From Coriobacteriia bacterium (lineage in GTDB: Bacteria > Actinomycetota > Coriobacteriia > Anaerosomatales > SLCP01): a DNA stretch of 45,167 nucleotides. The stretch covers positions 1 to 45,167 of the forward strand of contig JAVEVF010000001.1 of the NCBI GenBank assembly GCA_034005175.1, in the 5' to 3' direction. The notes beneath the pieces are model-generated. The model was not told where the DNA came from, searched no databases, and saw only the letters and a list, made by a program, of their open reading frames with translations. The translations under genes and the position numbers were made by a program. Position 1 is the stretch's first letter; each line of letters begins with the position of its first letter. Shown piece after piece: positions 26,379 to 35,410 of the stretch.

Positions 26379-27988
26379 CAGCTGCGATACCTGTTCGTGA
26401 CGGGGAGCGGGCCGCTGGCAGCAGCGGAGGAAGCGGTTACGCTCACGCCGAGCGGACCCTGGCGGCGCTTGTACTCGGCGGCGTCGACCATCCGGCACAC
26501 TCGTTCCACGCTCTCGCGATCATGTCCTTGCGCGATGATGTGCTCGCGGGACCACCTGTCATCGACGTAGCGCGCGAGAATACCGTCGAGCACATCATAG
26601 GGGGGCAGCGAGTCTTGATCGGTCTGATCCGGCCGCAACTCCGCGCTCGGCGGCTTGGTGAGGATGGCTGAAGGAATGACCTCGGCCTCGCGGTTGCGCC
26701 AACGAGCAAGCTCGTACACCCGCGTCTTGAAGACGTCTTTGAGCGGCGCGAAGCCGCCAACCATGTCGCCGTAAAGCGTCGTGTATCCCACCGAAAGCTC
26801 GCTCTTGTTGCCTGGGGCAAGCACAAGCCAGCCGAACTTGTTCGAGAGCGCCATGAGCAACGTGCCACGCACGCGCGCCTGCAGGTTCTCCTCGGTCACA
26901 TCGGCTGGCAGATCGCCGAAGACCGGGCTGAGAGTAGCAAGAAACGCCGAGAACGCCGGCTCGATGGGAAGCTCGAGTACATCGATGTGCAGGTTCGCGG
27001 CGAGCGCCTCAGCATCGGCCGTGCTTTGGGCTGTGGTGTAGCGCGAGTCCATCATCACCCCATGCACGTGTCGCGGCCCGAGCGCATCAGCTGCGATCGT
27101 CGCCAGGAGCGCGGAGTCCATGCCTCCGGACAGCCCTAACACCACGTCCGTGCAGCGGTTCTTGTGCACGTAGTCGTGCACCCCGACACAGAGCGCACGG
27201 TAAAGCTTCTCCCTCGCCGAGAGAACCGGGCTCATCGGACCGCCTGTGGCGCCTGTGTGCGCGACATCCGCCACGAGCAAGTCCGCGGCGAACGAGGAGG
27301 CTCGACACGCCACCGCTCCAGCTGGAGAGATGATCACCGAACCGCCCTCGAACACCAGCTCGTCTTGTGCGCCCACAAGGTTACAGGAGACAAGCCACGC
27401 TCCGTGGCGACCAGCTGCTTTTCGAAGCGCCTTCTCATGCGCCTCGGTCTCATTCATGCGAAAAGGCCGTGCAGCGAGGTTCACGACGAGCGCGGCGCGC
27501 TCCTCTGTCGCTGTGGGCATCCCCTCGGCAAGTGCTTCATCGGAGATGGCGACCATGACTCTCGTGTCACCCACATCAAACACACCCGTGTCTTCTCCTG
27601 CTGCGAAGTATCGATGCTCTTCGAGCGCCGGGTCATCTGAGGGCACTCGCTTGTGGTAGACGTGCTTGACTCGGCCATCCGCACACAACGCCGCTGCATT
27701 GTAGAGTGTGCCCTCGCCGTGGTCCGCAAAGCCGAGGATCACAGCAGTCTTCGTGCACGCGGCCGCCACGCGTTGCAGCGCATCGCGGTTGTCGGATACG
27801 AACTGCTCGTCGGCGAGCAGGCCCTCAGGCGGGTAGCCGGTAAGCGTCATCTCGGGAAAGACCACGAGTTCGCAGCCCGCGTCTTCAGCCCGGGCAATCG
27901 CCTCAAGCACCTGTTCGGCATTGTCTGTGATGTCGCCGACCACGGTGTTGAGTTGAGCGAGTCCTATGCGCACGTCCTGACCCTTCAT
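26378..27988 (-). CDS. nadE: glutamine-dependent NAD+ synthetase (nitrilase-like domain plus NAD synthase domain)
   Basis: N-terminal CN-hydrolase domain (RIGLAQLNTVVGD...FPEMTLTGYP) and C-terminal LGLSGGMDSAL (PP-loop SGGxDS). Confidence 0.93.
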   Translation of the reverse strand: MKGQDVRIGLAQLNTVVGDITDNAEQVLEAIARAEDAGCELVVFPEMTLTGYPPEGLLADEQFVSDNRDALQRVAAACTKTAVILGFADHGEGTLYNAAALCADGRVKHVYHKRVPSDDPALEEHRYFAAGEDTGVFDVGDTRVMVAISDEALAEGMPTATEERAALVVNLAARPFRMNETEAHEKALRKAAGRHGAWLVSCNLVGAQDELVFEGGSVIISPAGAVACRASSFAADLLVADVAHTGATGGPMSPVLSAREKLYRALCVGVHDYVHKNRCTDVVLGLSGGMDSALLATIAADALGPRHVHGVMMDSRYTTAQSTADAEALAANLHIDVLELPIEPAFSAFLATLSPVFGDLPADVTEENLQARVRGTLLMALSNKFGWLVLAPGNKSELSVGYTTLYGDMVGGFAPLKDVFKTRVYELARWRNREAEVIPSAILTKPPSAELRPDQTDQDSLPPYDVLDGILARYVDDRWSREHIIAQGHDRESVERVCRMVDAAEYKRRQGPLGVSVTASSAAASGPLPVTNRYRS

Positions 27989-28133
27989 GCCACCTCGCGC
28001 CGGAGGCTCCCGCGTCCCATCCCCAGCATATCACCCAGCCCTGCATCGCCGACAGGGTTGAGGCCTGAGCGCGATACCCGCACCGTGAGCCGCGAATCAA
28101 CCAGTGAACCCAACGTGCATCAGGCTGTAAGGG

Positions 28134-28151
28134 TTGTGAACAATCTCACAA
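28134..28151. promoter_or_regulatory. perfect CRP/FNR-family type palindrome TGTGA-N6-TCACA
   Basis: tTGTGAacaatcTCACAa lies in the 265-nt divergent intergenic region between nadE (start 27988) and the small zinc-ribbon ORF (start 28254). Confidence 0.5.
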
Positions 28152-28253
28152 AATACCCCCCTTGTACTGCGGGCTTAAGTCGTGCTAACGTTTGGGGCGC
28201 CTGGTGCCGACGTATGTTCTTGAGAGCATCGCACCGTGTGTGGAGGTAAGTGA

Positions 28254-28394
28254 ATGGTACGCAAGCAGACATGCCCACGCTGCCGCGGAGACCGGTATGT
28301 CCGAGTTGAGAAGCCCACGGGCGCCAAGCACCAGAAGTGCCCCGAGTGCAATGGTTCTGGCTACAAGGTGCAGATCGTACAGCACTTCCGCTAG
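28254..28394 (+). CDS. small zinc-ribbon protein, 46 aa (missing from the ORF track because it is under 60 aa)
   Basis: GGAGGTAAGTGA then ATG. MVRKQTCPRCRGDRYVRVEKPTGAKHQKCPECNGSGYKVQIVQHFR has two CxxC pairs. The second pair is CxxCxGxG, as in DnaJ zinc fingers. Confidence 0.6.
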   Translation: MVRKQTCPRCRGDRYVRVEKPTGAKHQKCPECNGSGYKVQIVQHFR

Positions 28395-28444
28395 CGCGGC
28401 TTTCCGGCTCTCTTCTGCTCCCCTAGATCGCTTGACCCATGGTT

Positions 28445-29689
28445 TCAGTCGCCGGCCAGACCGGCCTCCCTCACGATATCCATGTCCTTGTCGCCTCGTC
28501 CTGAGACATTCACGACCACCACACCATCAGGTCCGAGTTCGGGCGCGAGGCGGGGCAGCAGCGCCAGAGCGTGGCTGCTCTCGATAGCGGGGATGATGCC
28601 CTCGGTGCGGGTCAACAATGCGAACGCCTCGAGCGCCTCGGTGTCGGTGACGGCTTCGTAGCGCACAAGGCCCTCATCCTTCAGATAGCTGTGCTCGGGG
28701 CCTACACCTGGGTAGTCAAGACCTGCCGAGATGGAGTACGCCTCCGCTGGGTTGCCCTCATCGTCCTGCAGCATGTAAGAGTAGAAACCGTGAAGCGTGC
28801 CAGGGGCGCCCTGTGTGAGTGACGCGCCATGCTTGCCGGTCTCGACTCCGAGCCCCGCTGCCTCGGCACCGAATAGACGAGGCCGCTTGTCGGCAGGCAC
28901 CTCACGGAGGAAGGGATAGAACATCCCGATAGCGTTGCTGCCCCCGCCGATGCATGCGATGACCGCGTCGGGCAGGCGCTCCCCGTGACCTTGAAGCTGT
29001 AAGAGGGTCTCCTCACCGATGACCTTCTGAAACTCCCGCACGAGCGCTGGGTAGGGATGGGGCCCCACAGCGCTTCCCAGGACGTAGAAGGTGTCATCAA
29101 CGCGGTCCACCCAGTGGTTCAACGCTGCCGTCACGGCATCAGCGAGCGTTCCGGTCCCCTCGGCGACAGAGACGACCTCGGCACCGAGCAACCGCATCTT
29201 GTAGACGTTCAGCGACTGGCGGCGGATATCCTCAGTGCCCATGAAGACCGCGCACTCAAGCCCCATGAGCGCTGCGGCGGTAGCGGTGGCGACGCCGTGC
29301 TGCCCCGCTCCGGTCTCGGCGATGACGCGCTGCTTTCCCATCCGGCGTGCGAGCAGACACTGCCCGATGGTGTTGTTGATCTTGTGAGCACCTGTGTGGT
29401 TGAGGTCCTCACGCTTCAGGTACACACCGCCGAGGCCCACGGCCTCAGCGAGCCGGTCGGCTCGATACAGCGGCGACGGACGGCCCACGTAGTCGCGCAG
29501 AAGCGCGCCGAACTCCTCGTGAAACGCGGGGTCGGCAAGCGCGGCGTGGAAGGCCTCCTCGAGCTCGGTTAGCGCTGGTTCCACCGTCTCGGGGACGAAC
29601 GTGCCCCCGTAGGGCCCGAAGAAGCCCCTGGCGTCGGGGCTTGAGTATGCCATCTCAACGGAGGGCATGAAGACGTCGCTCACACTCAC
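28445..29689 (-). CDS. trpB: tryptophan synthase beta chain (canonical TrpB1 type)
   Basis: [14 protein letters not shown] (PLP lysine), GAGQHG and [11 protein letters not shown] start after GAGGAGG. Confidence 0.95.
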   Translation of the reverse strand: MSVSDVFMPSVEMAYSSPDARGFFGPYGGTFVPETVEPALTELEEAFHAALADPAFHEEFGALLRDYVGRPSPLYRADRLAEAVGLGGVYLKREDLNHTGAHKINNTIGQCLLARRMGKQRVIAETGAGQHGVATATAAALMGLECAVFMGTEDIRRQSLNVYKMRLLGAEVVSVAEGTGTLADAVTAALNHWVDRVDDTFYVLGSAVGPHPYPALVREFQKVIGEETLLQLQGHGERLPDAVIACIGGGSNAIGMFYPFLREVPADKRPRLFGAEAAGLGVETGKHGASLTQGAPGTLHGFYSYMLQDDEGNPAEAYSISAGLDYPGVGPEHSYLKDEGLVRYEAVTDTEALEAFALLTRTEGIIPAIESSHALALLPRLAPELGPDGVVVVNVSGRGDKDMDIVREAGLAGD

Positions 29690-29792
29690 AGTCCTACCTC
29701 CTCATCTGCGGCCTCGCCTGCGGAGGAGAGCCCGCACACCTTCACCGGCGTCAGTACGTTTCGCACCACACCCTCCTCACATGCACACGCGC

Positions 29793-31139
29793 TTATGCGC
29801 CTTCGCACATCGAACCAGCGGCGAAATCATAATCCTCCAGCTGACCGGTGTTGTACGCTTCATACGCCGAGAGGTCGAAGTGACCGTGACCGGATAAGCC
29901 GAACAGGATGGTGCGGTCCTCACCGGCTTCCTGTGCGGCAAGCGCCTCGTCGATCGCGGCACGGATTGCATGGCTGCTTTCTGGTGCCGGCAGGATGCCT
30001 TCTGTGCGCGCAAACGTCACGGCCGCGTCGAAACATGCGTTCTGATGCACCGCGACGGCTTCGATCTCGCCTTCCTTGCGCAGCAGCGAGACCAGTGGCG
30101 AATCGCCGTGATAGCGCAGACCACCTGCATGGATGCCCGCAGGCACGAAGTCGTGCCCGAGCGTGTACATCAGCATCTTCGGCGTCATGCCGGCCTCGTC
30201 GCCAAGGTCGTAGCGGTAGTCGCCGGCGGTTAGCGTCGGGCAGGCCTTGGGCTCCACCGCAAGCAACCGCGCCTTGGTGTGCCCGTCGAGTCGACGCTTG
30301 TAGTACGGGAAGGTCAGACCAGCGAAGTTCGAGCCGCCACCGATACACGCGACGACGACGTCCGGCTCGGCCTGTGCCATCTCCATCTGAACGATGGCTT
30401 CCTCCCCGATGATGGTCTGGTGCAGACAGACGTGATTGAGCACGCTTCCCAGACAGTAGTGGGTGTCCTCGCGCATGGCAGCATCCTCGACAGCTTCTGA
30501 GATGGCGATGCCGAGGCTGCCAAGCGAGTCCGGGTCGAGATCGAGCACGTGACGTCCGGCATTTGTGCGGGTGGATGGCGACGAGATGACCTCGGCACCA
30601 TAGGTCTCCATGAGGATGCGCCGGTAGGGCTTCTGGTCATAGGAGATGCCCACCATGTACACGACACACTCCATACCGTACAGCGCACATGCGATAGAAA
30701 GCGCACTCCCCCACTGCCCCGCGCCGGTCTCGGTGGAGATGCGCTTGATGCCCTCCTGCTTGTTGTAGAAGGCCTGTGGGATGGCGGTGTTGGGCTTGTG
30801 GCTGCCAGCCGGAGACACGCCTTCGTACTTGTAGAAGATCTTCACGCCCTCGGGCAGGCCGAGATGCTTTTCGAGCTGACGGGCGCGGTTGAGCGGTGAG
30901 GGGCGATACGTCCGGTAGACGGCAAGGACCTCCTCGGGAATCTCGATGTAGCGCTCCATCGAGACCTCTTGTTTGATGAGCTCCATCGCAAAGAGGGGGG
31001 CGAGGTCTTCTGGGCCGACGGGTTGATCAGTGGCGGGATGCAGCGACGGGGCAAGCGGTGTGGGCAGATCGGGGTTGATGTTGTACCACTTCGTCGGCAT
31101 CTGTCTTTCATCGAGCACGTAGCGTGTCCTGTCTGCCAT
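29793..31139 (-). CDS. TrpB2-type tryptophan synthase beta-like PLP enzyme
   Basis: [26 protein letters not shown]... is a typical TrpB2 N-terminus. Also SHKPNTA (PLP Lys), GAGQWG and GGGSNFAG. The start is set at ATG 31139 after GAAGGAGGAG. The track start at 31310 would run into the T-box terminator. Confidence 0.9.
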   Translation of the reverse strand: MADRTRYVLDERQMPTKWYNINPDLPTPLAPSLHPATDQPVGPEDLAPLFAMELIKQEVSMERYIEIPEEVLAVYRTYRPSPLNRARQLEKHLGLPEGVKIFYKYEGVSPAGSHKPNTAIPQAFYNKQEGIKRISTETGAGQWGSALSIACALYGMECVVYMVGISYDQKPYRRILMETYGAEVISSPSTRTNAGRHVLDLDPDSLGSLGIAISEAVEDAAMREDTHYCLGSVLNHVCLHQTIIGEEAIVQMEMAQAEPDVVVACIGGGSNFAGLTFPYYKRRLDGHTKARLLAVEPKACPTLTAGDYRYDLGDEAGMTPKMLMYTLGHDFVPAGIHAGGLRYHGDSPLVSLLRKEGEIEAVAVHQNACFDAAVTFARTEGILPAPESSHAIRAAIDEALAAQEAGEDRTILFGLSGHGHFDLSAYEAYNTGQLEDYDFAAGSMCEGA

Positions 31140-31290
31140 GTCGCTCTCCTCCTTCACTCCTACGTCCTGCTTCTCCGATGTGCTCGGATCTCGTGCCCAT
31201 GCGTGGCCCTGTCGCGCTTGCCCGACATGCAGGCTGCACGCGAACGCAGACATGACGCACATCCCTTCTGAGAGGGAGTGAGGAGCCCAG

Positions 31291-31328
31291 AAATACAAAT
31301 AACCCCTCATCCCTCAAGGGACGAGAGG
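31291..31328 (-). terminator. intrinsic terminator of the T-box leader
   Basis: RNA CCUCUCGUCCC-UUGA-GGGAUGAGGGG forms 11 bp including G-U pairs, followed by UUAUUUGUAUUU. The 5' arm can alternatively pair within the antiterminator that contains the T-box sequence. Confidence 0.8.
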
Positions 31329-31620
31329 TCATCTCGCGGTACCACCCTTGTTGCTCACCTCTTACGAGGTAAGCCACTTGTCCTGACGGTACGTGGACTG
31401 GACTGCGCCGCTGTAATCAATCGTGCGGCGCTGCAATCCGAATACCCGGCCCCTTGTATCGGTGGGGATCCGCCGGGACTAATGGGCGCTTTGCACCGTT
31501 GTCCTCGGTACCTCAGGGGTCCATTCCCTCCGGTCGCTCACGTCGGTTTCCACCAGCCACCGACTCTCTCCGCTTCGCGTCCGGGGTACTCCTCCCCCTC
31601 ATGGGCTCATATCCGATTGT
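31291..31620 (-). promoter_or_regulatory. T-box riboswitch leader, tryptophan specifier (UGG)
   Basis: On the minus-strand RNA, in the canonical order: AGAGAG bulge (31569-31564), distal loop GGCUGGUGGAAA (31558-31547), specifier loop GAA-UGG-A (UGG at 31523-31521), T-box sequence AACAAGGGUGGUACCGCGAG (31352-31333), then the terminator. A candidate promoter lies upstream: TTGCGG (31657-31652), an 18 nt spacer, TACACT (31633-31628). Confidence 0.85.
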
Positions 31621-31719
31621 GCGGGCGAGTGTACCACCGTGCGAAGGATTGCCGCAAGCGCGGTCGACGATGCAGGTCATCCCCAGTCTTTGCCACACGC
31701 CTGCGTGCTTGCGGTCCGC

Positions 31720-32460
31720 CTAGGGGACAGCGGGCTTGCCTCGCACCTTCTCACGCATGACCAGGCCGATGAAGCGCGCGTTTCCAACGAGATACCGGCG
31801 CCACATCCGTCTCGGCTCTTGTGCGAATCGGTAGAACCACTCAAGTCCTGAGCGCTGCATCCACGCAGGTGCTCTCCGGGTGACTCCCGCTATCACATCG
31901 AAGCTGCCCCCGACGCCCATGGCGAACACAGGACCCATATCGCGAAGATGCTCGGCGAGGAAGTACTCCTTCTTGGGGCTTGAGATGCCGACGAACACCA
32001 GCTTTGCGTGGGAGTCCTTGATTGTGCGTGCGACCTGCCAGCCGTCGTCGAAGTAGCCGTTTTGCTGCCCGGCCACCACGAGCCTGGGATGCTGTGCGGT
32101 CAATCGGGTGACACACGACTCCAGCACCTCATCCCGCGCACCGAGGAAATACACCGGCCACCCGCGCTGCTCGGCCTCGGCGAGCAACCGTGCCATGAGG
32201 TCGATGCCTGCGACTCGCTCTGGGACATCAAGGCCGAGCACCCTCCCGGCCCACACGATCGACTGCCCGTCGGCGCTTACGATGTCGCAGCCGGAAACCA
32301 CGCTGTGCAATCTGCGGTCGTCGTGCATCATGATTACCTTGCCCGCGTTAAGGACCACGTGCTGAGCGGCTTGTTGTCGCTCGGCCAGCTCGACGCATGC
32401 ATCGACCGTCTCATCCATCGTGAGCAGGTCGAGCGGCACTCCGAATATCTCACCTCTCAT
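31720..32460 (-). CDS. WecB/TagA/CpsF-family (GT26) glycosyltransferase
   Basis: IFGVPLDLLTMDETVDACVE...VVLNAGKVIMMHDD...DIVSADGQSIVWA...FLGAR...VGISSPKKE. The start is probably ATG 32460; the track start is 32481. Confidence 0.85.
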   Translation of the reverse strand: MRGEIFGVPLDLLTMDETVDACVELAERQQAAQHVVLNAGKVIMMHDDRRLHSVVSGCDIVSADGQSIVWAGRVLGLDVPERVAGIDLMARLLAEAEQRGWPVYFLGARDEVLESCVTRLTAQHPRLVVAGQQNGYFDDGWQVARTIKDSHAKLVFVGISSPKKEYFLAEHLRDMGPVFAMGVGGSFDVIAGVTRRAPAWMQRSGLEWFYRFAQEPRRMWRRYLVGNARFIGLVMREKVRGKPAVP

Positions 32461-33640
32461 AGCGAACCACTCCCGCAGCACGAGCGACAGCTTCTTCCAG
32501 AGGGTCTCGACGTCCTGCGTTCAGCAGCCCGAGGGAGGCTTCGCCGAGCGCCCAATGAGCGTCACCCCACCGCACGAAGTGCCGTTTGTCCGTCCAAGAG
32601 CGGTGTTTCTGGTAGTACGTGACGCCTGATTGCCCCTCGACAAGGTGCTTCTTGGTCCATGAGGCCACGCGCCGAGCCACATCGCCGGTGTCAAACCCCC
32701 AGCTCGCCAGTCGTGCCGCTACATCCACCGCGGTGCCCGCGCTGTGAATGTCATAGGGGTAAGGACGTGTCGGGTAGTACTTCGGCTCACCCTCGGGTCC
32801 GAAGAAATCGTGCACCCAGTGCTCGACCCCTCTCCTCAGAGCGTCGTGCACTGCTTCATCGCCGCTTGCCAGCCATACCTGAAGCAGCCCGTCGAGGTTG
32901 TACGCGGTATGGAAGTTGTCCGCCCAACCGAGCGATGCTCCTTCCCCATACGGCCATGACCCGTCGTCACGCTGCGCATGCATGCTTGTCTGCGCGCACT
33001 GAAGCCCCGTACTCACTCGGCCGGTATCCGATGCCAATGCCCCCGCCATGGCGACGAGCCCAGCGCCAAGGAAGTTGGCGTTGTGTATCAGGCGATCGCT
33101 CGTGAGCGTATACATGAACCGTGGTGTGGGAGCGCAGGTTAGCATGCGCTCTTGCAGGAAGTCGGCCGCCGCACTCATTCGCTCGAGATGCTGCGCATCA
33201 CGTGCCACAGCCGCAGCGCTGCCGAATCCCCGCCCGACGAACACGGTCGCGATAAGATTGGGAGAACCGGACGGGTAGAACGCCCAGCGCGTCTGGACAT
33301 CGAACTCGTAGCCCCACCCGCCACCGTCCATGCGCGCGATAGTCTCGTCCGCGCCAAGCTGCTCGGCCAGCAAGCGAACCTCCTCCGAGCCCCCAGTCTC
33401 ACTCGCATACCTGCTTGTTGCTGTGAGATATGCCCCCAGCGTCTTGGCCATCATGAACGCTTCCACACCAAGCACGCCAGAGAGGTCGATAGGACTTCGC
33501 TTCCGAGCCTGAATAACAGCCTGACGCATACGCGGGTGAGAGCGCACGAACGCCGGCACGCGACTACCTCGCAGCGCATCATATGGGTCTCGGCCCGAAT
33601 AGACCCCCACCTGCCGCTCGCCCCCTCGACCCATCGTCAC
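32450..33640 (-). CDS. conserved hypothetical protein of polysaccharide clusters (possibly alpha/alpha-toroid fold)
   Basis: Globular 396 aa protein with Trp-rich motifs (DGSWPYGEGASLGWADNFHTAYNLDGLLQVW). I recall similar proteins in EPS loci but cannot name a family with confidence. Confidence 0.55.
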   Translation of the reverse strand: MTMGRGGERQVGVYSGRDPYDALRGSRVPAFVRSHPRMRQAVIQARKRSPIDLSGVLGVEAFMMAKTLGAYLTATSRYASETGGSEEVRLLAEQLGADETIARMDGGGWGYEFDVQTRWAFYPSGSPNLIATVFVGRGFGSAAAVARDAQHLERMSAAADFLQERMLTCAPTPRFMYTLTSDRLIHNANFLGAGLVAMAGALASDTGRVSTGLQCAQTSMHAQRDDGSWPYGEGASLGWADNFHTAYNLDGLLQVWLASGDEAVHDALRRGVEHWVHDFFGPEGEPKYYPTRPYPYDIHSAGTAVDVAARLASWGFDTGDVARRVASWTKKHLVEGQSGVTYYQKHRSWTDKRHFVRWGDAHWALGEASLGLLNAGRRDPLEEAVARAAGVVRYER

Positions 33641-33871
33641 CTATCGATCCCTGACTACACCCAGGTTAGCGCACGCGTCTGACTTCGCACCAGCAGCCTA
33701 CCCAACCACATGCCATCTGGCTGCGCAGGACGTCCTGATACTCGCCGCCTCAACCATCGGGCGCTACACTGTAGTCCGCGTGCCTTCAGGTACTACGGCT
33801 CGTAAACCGATACTCGCTACAGGGCGACCATGACGGCGCCTCAGGACGGATAGGATAGGAGGCGGACGGCG

Positions 33872-35401
33872 TTGGAAGTCAGGCGGTACATCGATGTCAT
33901 CAAAGAGCGATGGCGCTACATTTTCGCAGCCATCGTCATCATCACCGGTTCCACCCTCCTGTTCAGTCTGGTGCAAGAGCCGGTCTACCAAGGTGAGACC
34001 AGAGTCCTCCTGACCGCGCAGAACCCAGGTACGCTCCTTGCGCAGCTACAGCTCACTGCCGAGAAAGAGGTGCAGACACAGGTCAATCTCATCACGCTGC
34101 GGCCCCTCCTCGAACAAGTCATCGAATCCCAATCGCTTGGTATCACGCCAGACGACTTGAACAAACGGGTAACGGTGACAGGCGTGGTGAACACGAGCCT
34201 GATCTCCATTCGGGTCAAGGACAACGACGCCGAGCGCGCAGCAGCCATCGCGAATGGGTTGGCAGAGGCGTACGTGAACTGGTCACGCACGCTTAAGCGC
34301 GCAAGCATCGCGGCCGCCGCAGAGCAGATCGAGATACAGCTTGCCGATGTCCAAAAGGAAGTGCAGGCGCTCGTCAACACAAAGGTCAGTGCGGATCAAG
34401 CGGCTTCACACCAGGCGCGGGTCGAGACAGCGCTCGCGCGACAAGCCGCACTCGCGGCACAGCTCGAGCAACTGAAGATCAGCGAACAGCTCGAGGTCGG
34501 ATCGGCGAGCATAGTGGCTCCAGCCACGGTTGACACAGAAGCCATCTCTCCCAAACCTACGCGCAACACGGTGCTTGCGTTCGTGGTCAGCACGCTGTTT
34601 GGTGTAGGCCTTGCGTTCATAGTCGACTACCTTGACGACACCATCGGCTCGGCGGACGAAGCAGCAGCGATTTACGGCGCGCCCATCCTCGGCCAGATCC
34701 CCGTTCTTGATTCTGCGGAGAACAGCACACGCGCTCTGGCGGTGTTCGACAGCTCACGAAGCCCGATGACAGAGTCGTATCGCCTGCTGCGCAGCAGCCT
34801 TGAGTACGTGAACTTCGAGCACGACTTCAAGACCCTCATCGTGACATCGGCTACGCCAGCAGAGGGCAAGTCAACGGTCGCTGCCAATCTCGCTGCTGTG
34901 CTGGCCAGGGCCGGGAATAAGACCGTGCTGCTCGAGGCAGACTTCGTGCGGCCCGTGACCCACGAGTTCTTTGGCGTGGGCCGTGAAGTGGGGCTCTCAA
35001 ATGTGCTCACTGGTGCTATCGATGTTCACAAAGCACTGAAACGGCCTGAAGATCTCGAGAACCTCTGGGTGCTTACGGCTGGATCCATGCCGCCGAACTC
35101 AAGTGAGCTGCTGGGCTCGGAGACGATGAAGCGCACTGTCGCCTCGCTTGCCGAATGGGCGGACTGGATCATCGTTGACACTCCCCCCAACCTGGCTGTG
35201 GCAGACACCACGGCGGTGGCCCGATGGACAGACGGCGTCATGTTGGTGATTCGGGAAGGCTCCACCACCCGCGTCGCAGCGCGGAGCAGTCTCGAAGCGC
35301 TCGGCAACATCGGGGCGAAGCTGGTAGGGGTTGTGATCACGGGCGCACAAGACGACAAGATCAGCCGCGGTTCGTACGCGAGCTACTTCCCCTCATCGTA
35401 G
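33872..35401 (+). CDS. polysaccharide co-polymerase (Wzz domain) fused to a BY-kinase (CpsD/Wze-like tyrosine autokinase)
   Basis: N-terminal RRYIDVIKERWRYIFAAIVIITG TM helix, then coiled coil and a second TM helix. C-terminal VTSATPAEGKSTVAANLA (Walker A), ADFVRP (A') and WIIVDTPP (B). The tail has SYASYF tyrosines. TTG start after GGAGG. Confidence 0.88.
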   Translation: MEVRRYIDVIKERWRYIFAAIVIITGSTLLFSLVQEPVYQGETRVLLTAQNPGTLLAQLQLTAEKEVQTQVNLITLRPLLEQVIESQSLGITPDDLNKRVTVTGVVNTSLISIRVKDNDAERAAAIANGLAEAYVNWSRTLKRASIAAAAEQIEIQLADVQKEVQALVNTKVSADQAASHQARVETALARQAALAAQLEQLKISEQLEVGSASIVAPATVDTEAISPKPTRNTVLAFVVSTLFGVGLAFIVDYLDDTIGSADEAAAIYGAPILGQIPVLDSAENSTRALAVFDSSRSPMTESYRLLRSSLEYVNFEHDFKTLIVTSATPAEGKSTVAANLAAVLARAGNKTVLLEADFVRPVTHEFFGVGREVGLSNVLTGAIDVHKALKRPEDLENLWVLTAGSMPPNSSELLGSETMKRTVASLAEWADWIIVDTPPNLAVADTTAVARWTDGVMLVIREGSTTRVAARSSLEALGNIGAKLVGVVITGAQDDKISRGSYASYFPSS

Positions 35402-35410
35402 GCACAGCCG

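Noticed and set aside
31300-31720. Long non-coding stretch initially considered as RNase P RNA, tmRNA or another housekeeping ncRNA
   Set aside because: No GAGGAAAGUCCGGGC-type RNase P core or tmRNA tag or acceptor features are present. The region is fully explained by the T-box leader and its promoter.
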